64,000 bases of DNA from Camelus dromedarius. Taxonomy: Eukaryota. Below are positions 62,926-64,000 of the stretch, one piece after another (within the stretch, counting starts at the first letter, position 1; every line of letters starts with the position of its first letter). The DNA lies in the NCBI RefSeq assembly GCF_036321535.1, contig NC_087472.1, positions 96,102,001-96,166,000 on the forward strand, given 5' to 3'. Position numbers and translations under genes: made by a program. The notes beneath the pieces were generated by a model. The model saw nothing but the letters and a program-made list of their open reading frames with translations, did not search any database and was not told the origin of the DNA.

Positions 62926-63735
62926 GCTTCAGAGTAACTGTTGGTAGTGGCTGGAGGGAGTGTCATGGAGATTAGCTAAATTTAATTGTTGGAGCTTTGT
63001 ACTGTTACTAGAGAAGCTCACAGAGTTTTAAAAATCTTGCTGTTTGAGTATTATTTAAGATAACAAGAAAAACATCATTATTTTTTTGAAGTGTTAGTTA
63101 ATTTGCAAGACTAGGAAGCAATTACTTTTCTGTGGCGCTGTCTTGGGCATTCTATGAAAAAGACAAAGTAAATCTGTACTGGGGGTTTATAACGTGCTTC
63201 AAGGTTATAGTCACACCTGAAGGCTTTCACTGACTCCTTCACTGGCCTATTTTATGACTTCATACAATTGCTTACCTTACGTTCGCCGTCTTAGGTCTAT
63301 TCACACAGAGCTGGTGTATAAGTTCTAAAAGAGGCAATGACAAACTCTGCTCATAGCTTTTAGCTCCTGGACCTCATCTGTGAGGACACAGGGTGACGAA
63401 CCTCAAGAGAAGGAACAAGGTAGAGCAATGGGAACTGGCACCTTCGATCTTAGCTCAACCAGTCATTTGCGGAGCTATGAGCCCACAAGGTGGAGTATGT
63501 GTCCTGAGACAGGGAGACTCAGTCCTCTGCCTTGAGAGAAAGGAAAACTTCAAGTGATTGTTTTATAGGTTCCTTTTAATTAAGCTGACTCTTTTTCTTA
63601 AAGGGAAACTCAGTTCTGCTTTCCTATTTTCCTTCACACAAAAAAGGGAATTTGAGTTTTACAAATTCATTTTTCAAGAGCCACCTTAATGAATGTTGCC
63701 TTCTGTCTGTGCCACCTGTACTATAATTTACTTAG

Positions 63736-63905
63736 TTTTTCTTTTTTTTAATTATTTTTTTAAAAAAATCTTGGTTTTTTGGGGGGGAGGGAGATAATCA
63801 GTTTTATTTATTTTATTTTGTTTTTAGAGGAGGTACTGGGGATTGAACCCAGGACCCTGTGTATGCTAGGCACACACTCTTCCACTGAGCTATACCCTCC
63901 CCACC
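63736..63905 (-). mobile_element. tRNA-Ala-derived SINE (vic-1-like)
   Basis: gaggaggtactggggattgaacccaggacc...ccactgagctataccctcccc. Confidence 0.9.
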
Positions 63906-64000
63906 TCCATAGATTTTAAAATGTTAATTTTTGTGCCACCTTTTTTGGACATCAGCAGTACACACAAAAAATACTAGTTACCATAATTAATGGGCTTTTA

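Noticed and set aside
1..64000. CRISPR array, operon, defence island or other prokaryote-type system
   Set aside because: The window is mammalian intronic DNA with spliced exons and eutherian repeats; there are no long ORFs or repeat-spacer arrays.

Overview
This is mammalian genomic DNA, not microbial. It is probably from a camelid, judged by multiple tRNA-Ala-derived vic-1-type SINEs and young lineage-specific L1 3' ends. The window holds the 5' part of PCYT1B (CTP:phosphocholine cytidylyltransferase beta, X-linked in other mammals) on the + strand: the distal CCTbeta3-type first coding exon (11860-11931), the CCTbeta1/2 first coding exon (35118-35234) behind a CpG-rich promoter, and shared exon 2 (61020-61119). 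The rest is intron or upstream sequence dense in L1, L2, MIR, MER, LTR and SINE relics; nearly all ORF-track entries are spurious or L1 remnants. Best unexpected observations: (1) a promoter-like GC-rich block about 0.5 kb before exon 2 ending in a phase-0 GTAAGT donor, a candidate third first exon; (2) a tailless 5S rRNA retro-fragment with a 19-bp target-site duplication; (3) a near-perfect 36-bp hairpin; (4) a re-used L1 insertion site with an apparent 3' transduction; (5) several local duplications and a four-hairpin cluster. I see no evidence for a novel multi-gene system. Repeat family names are from recognition by eye and boundaries are approximate.
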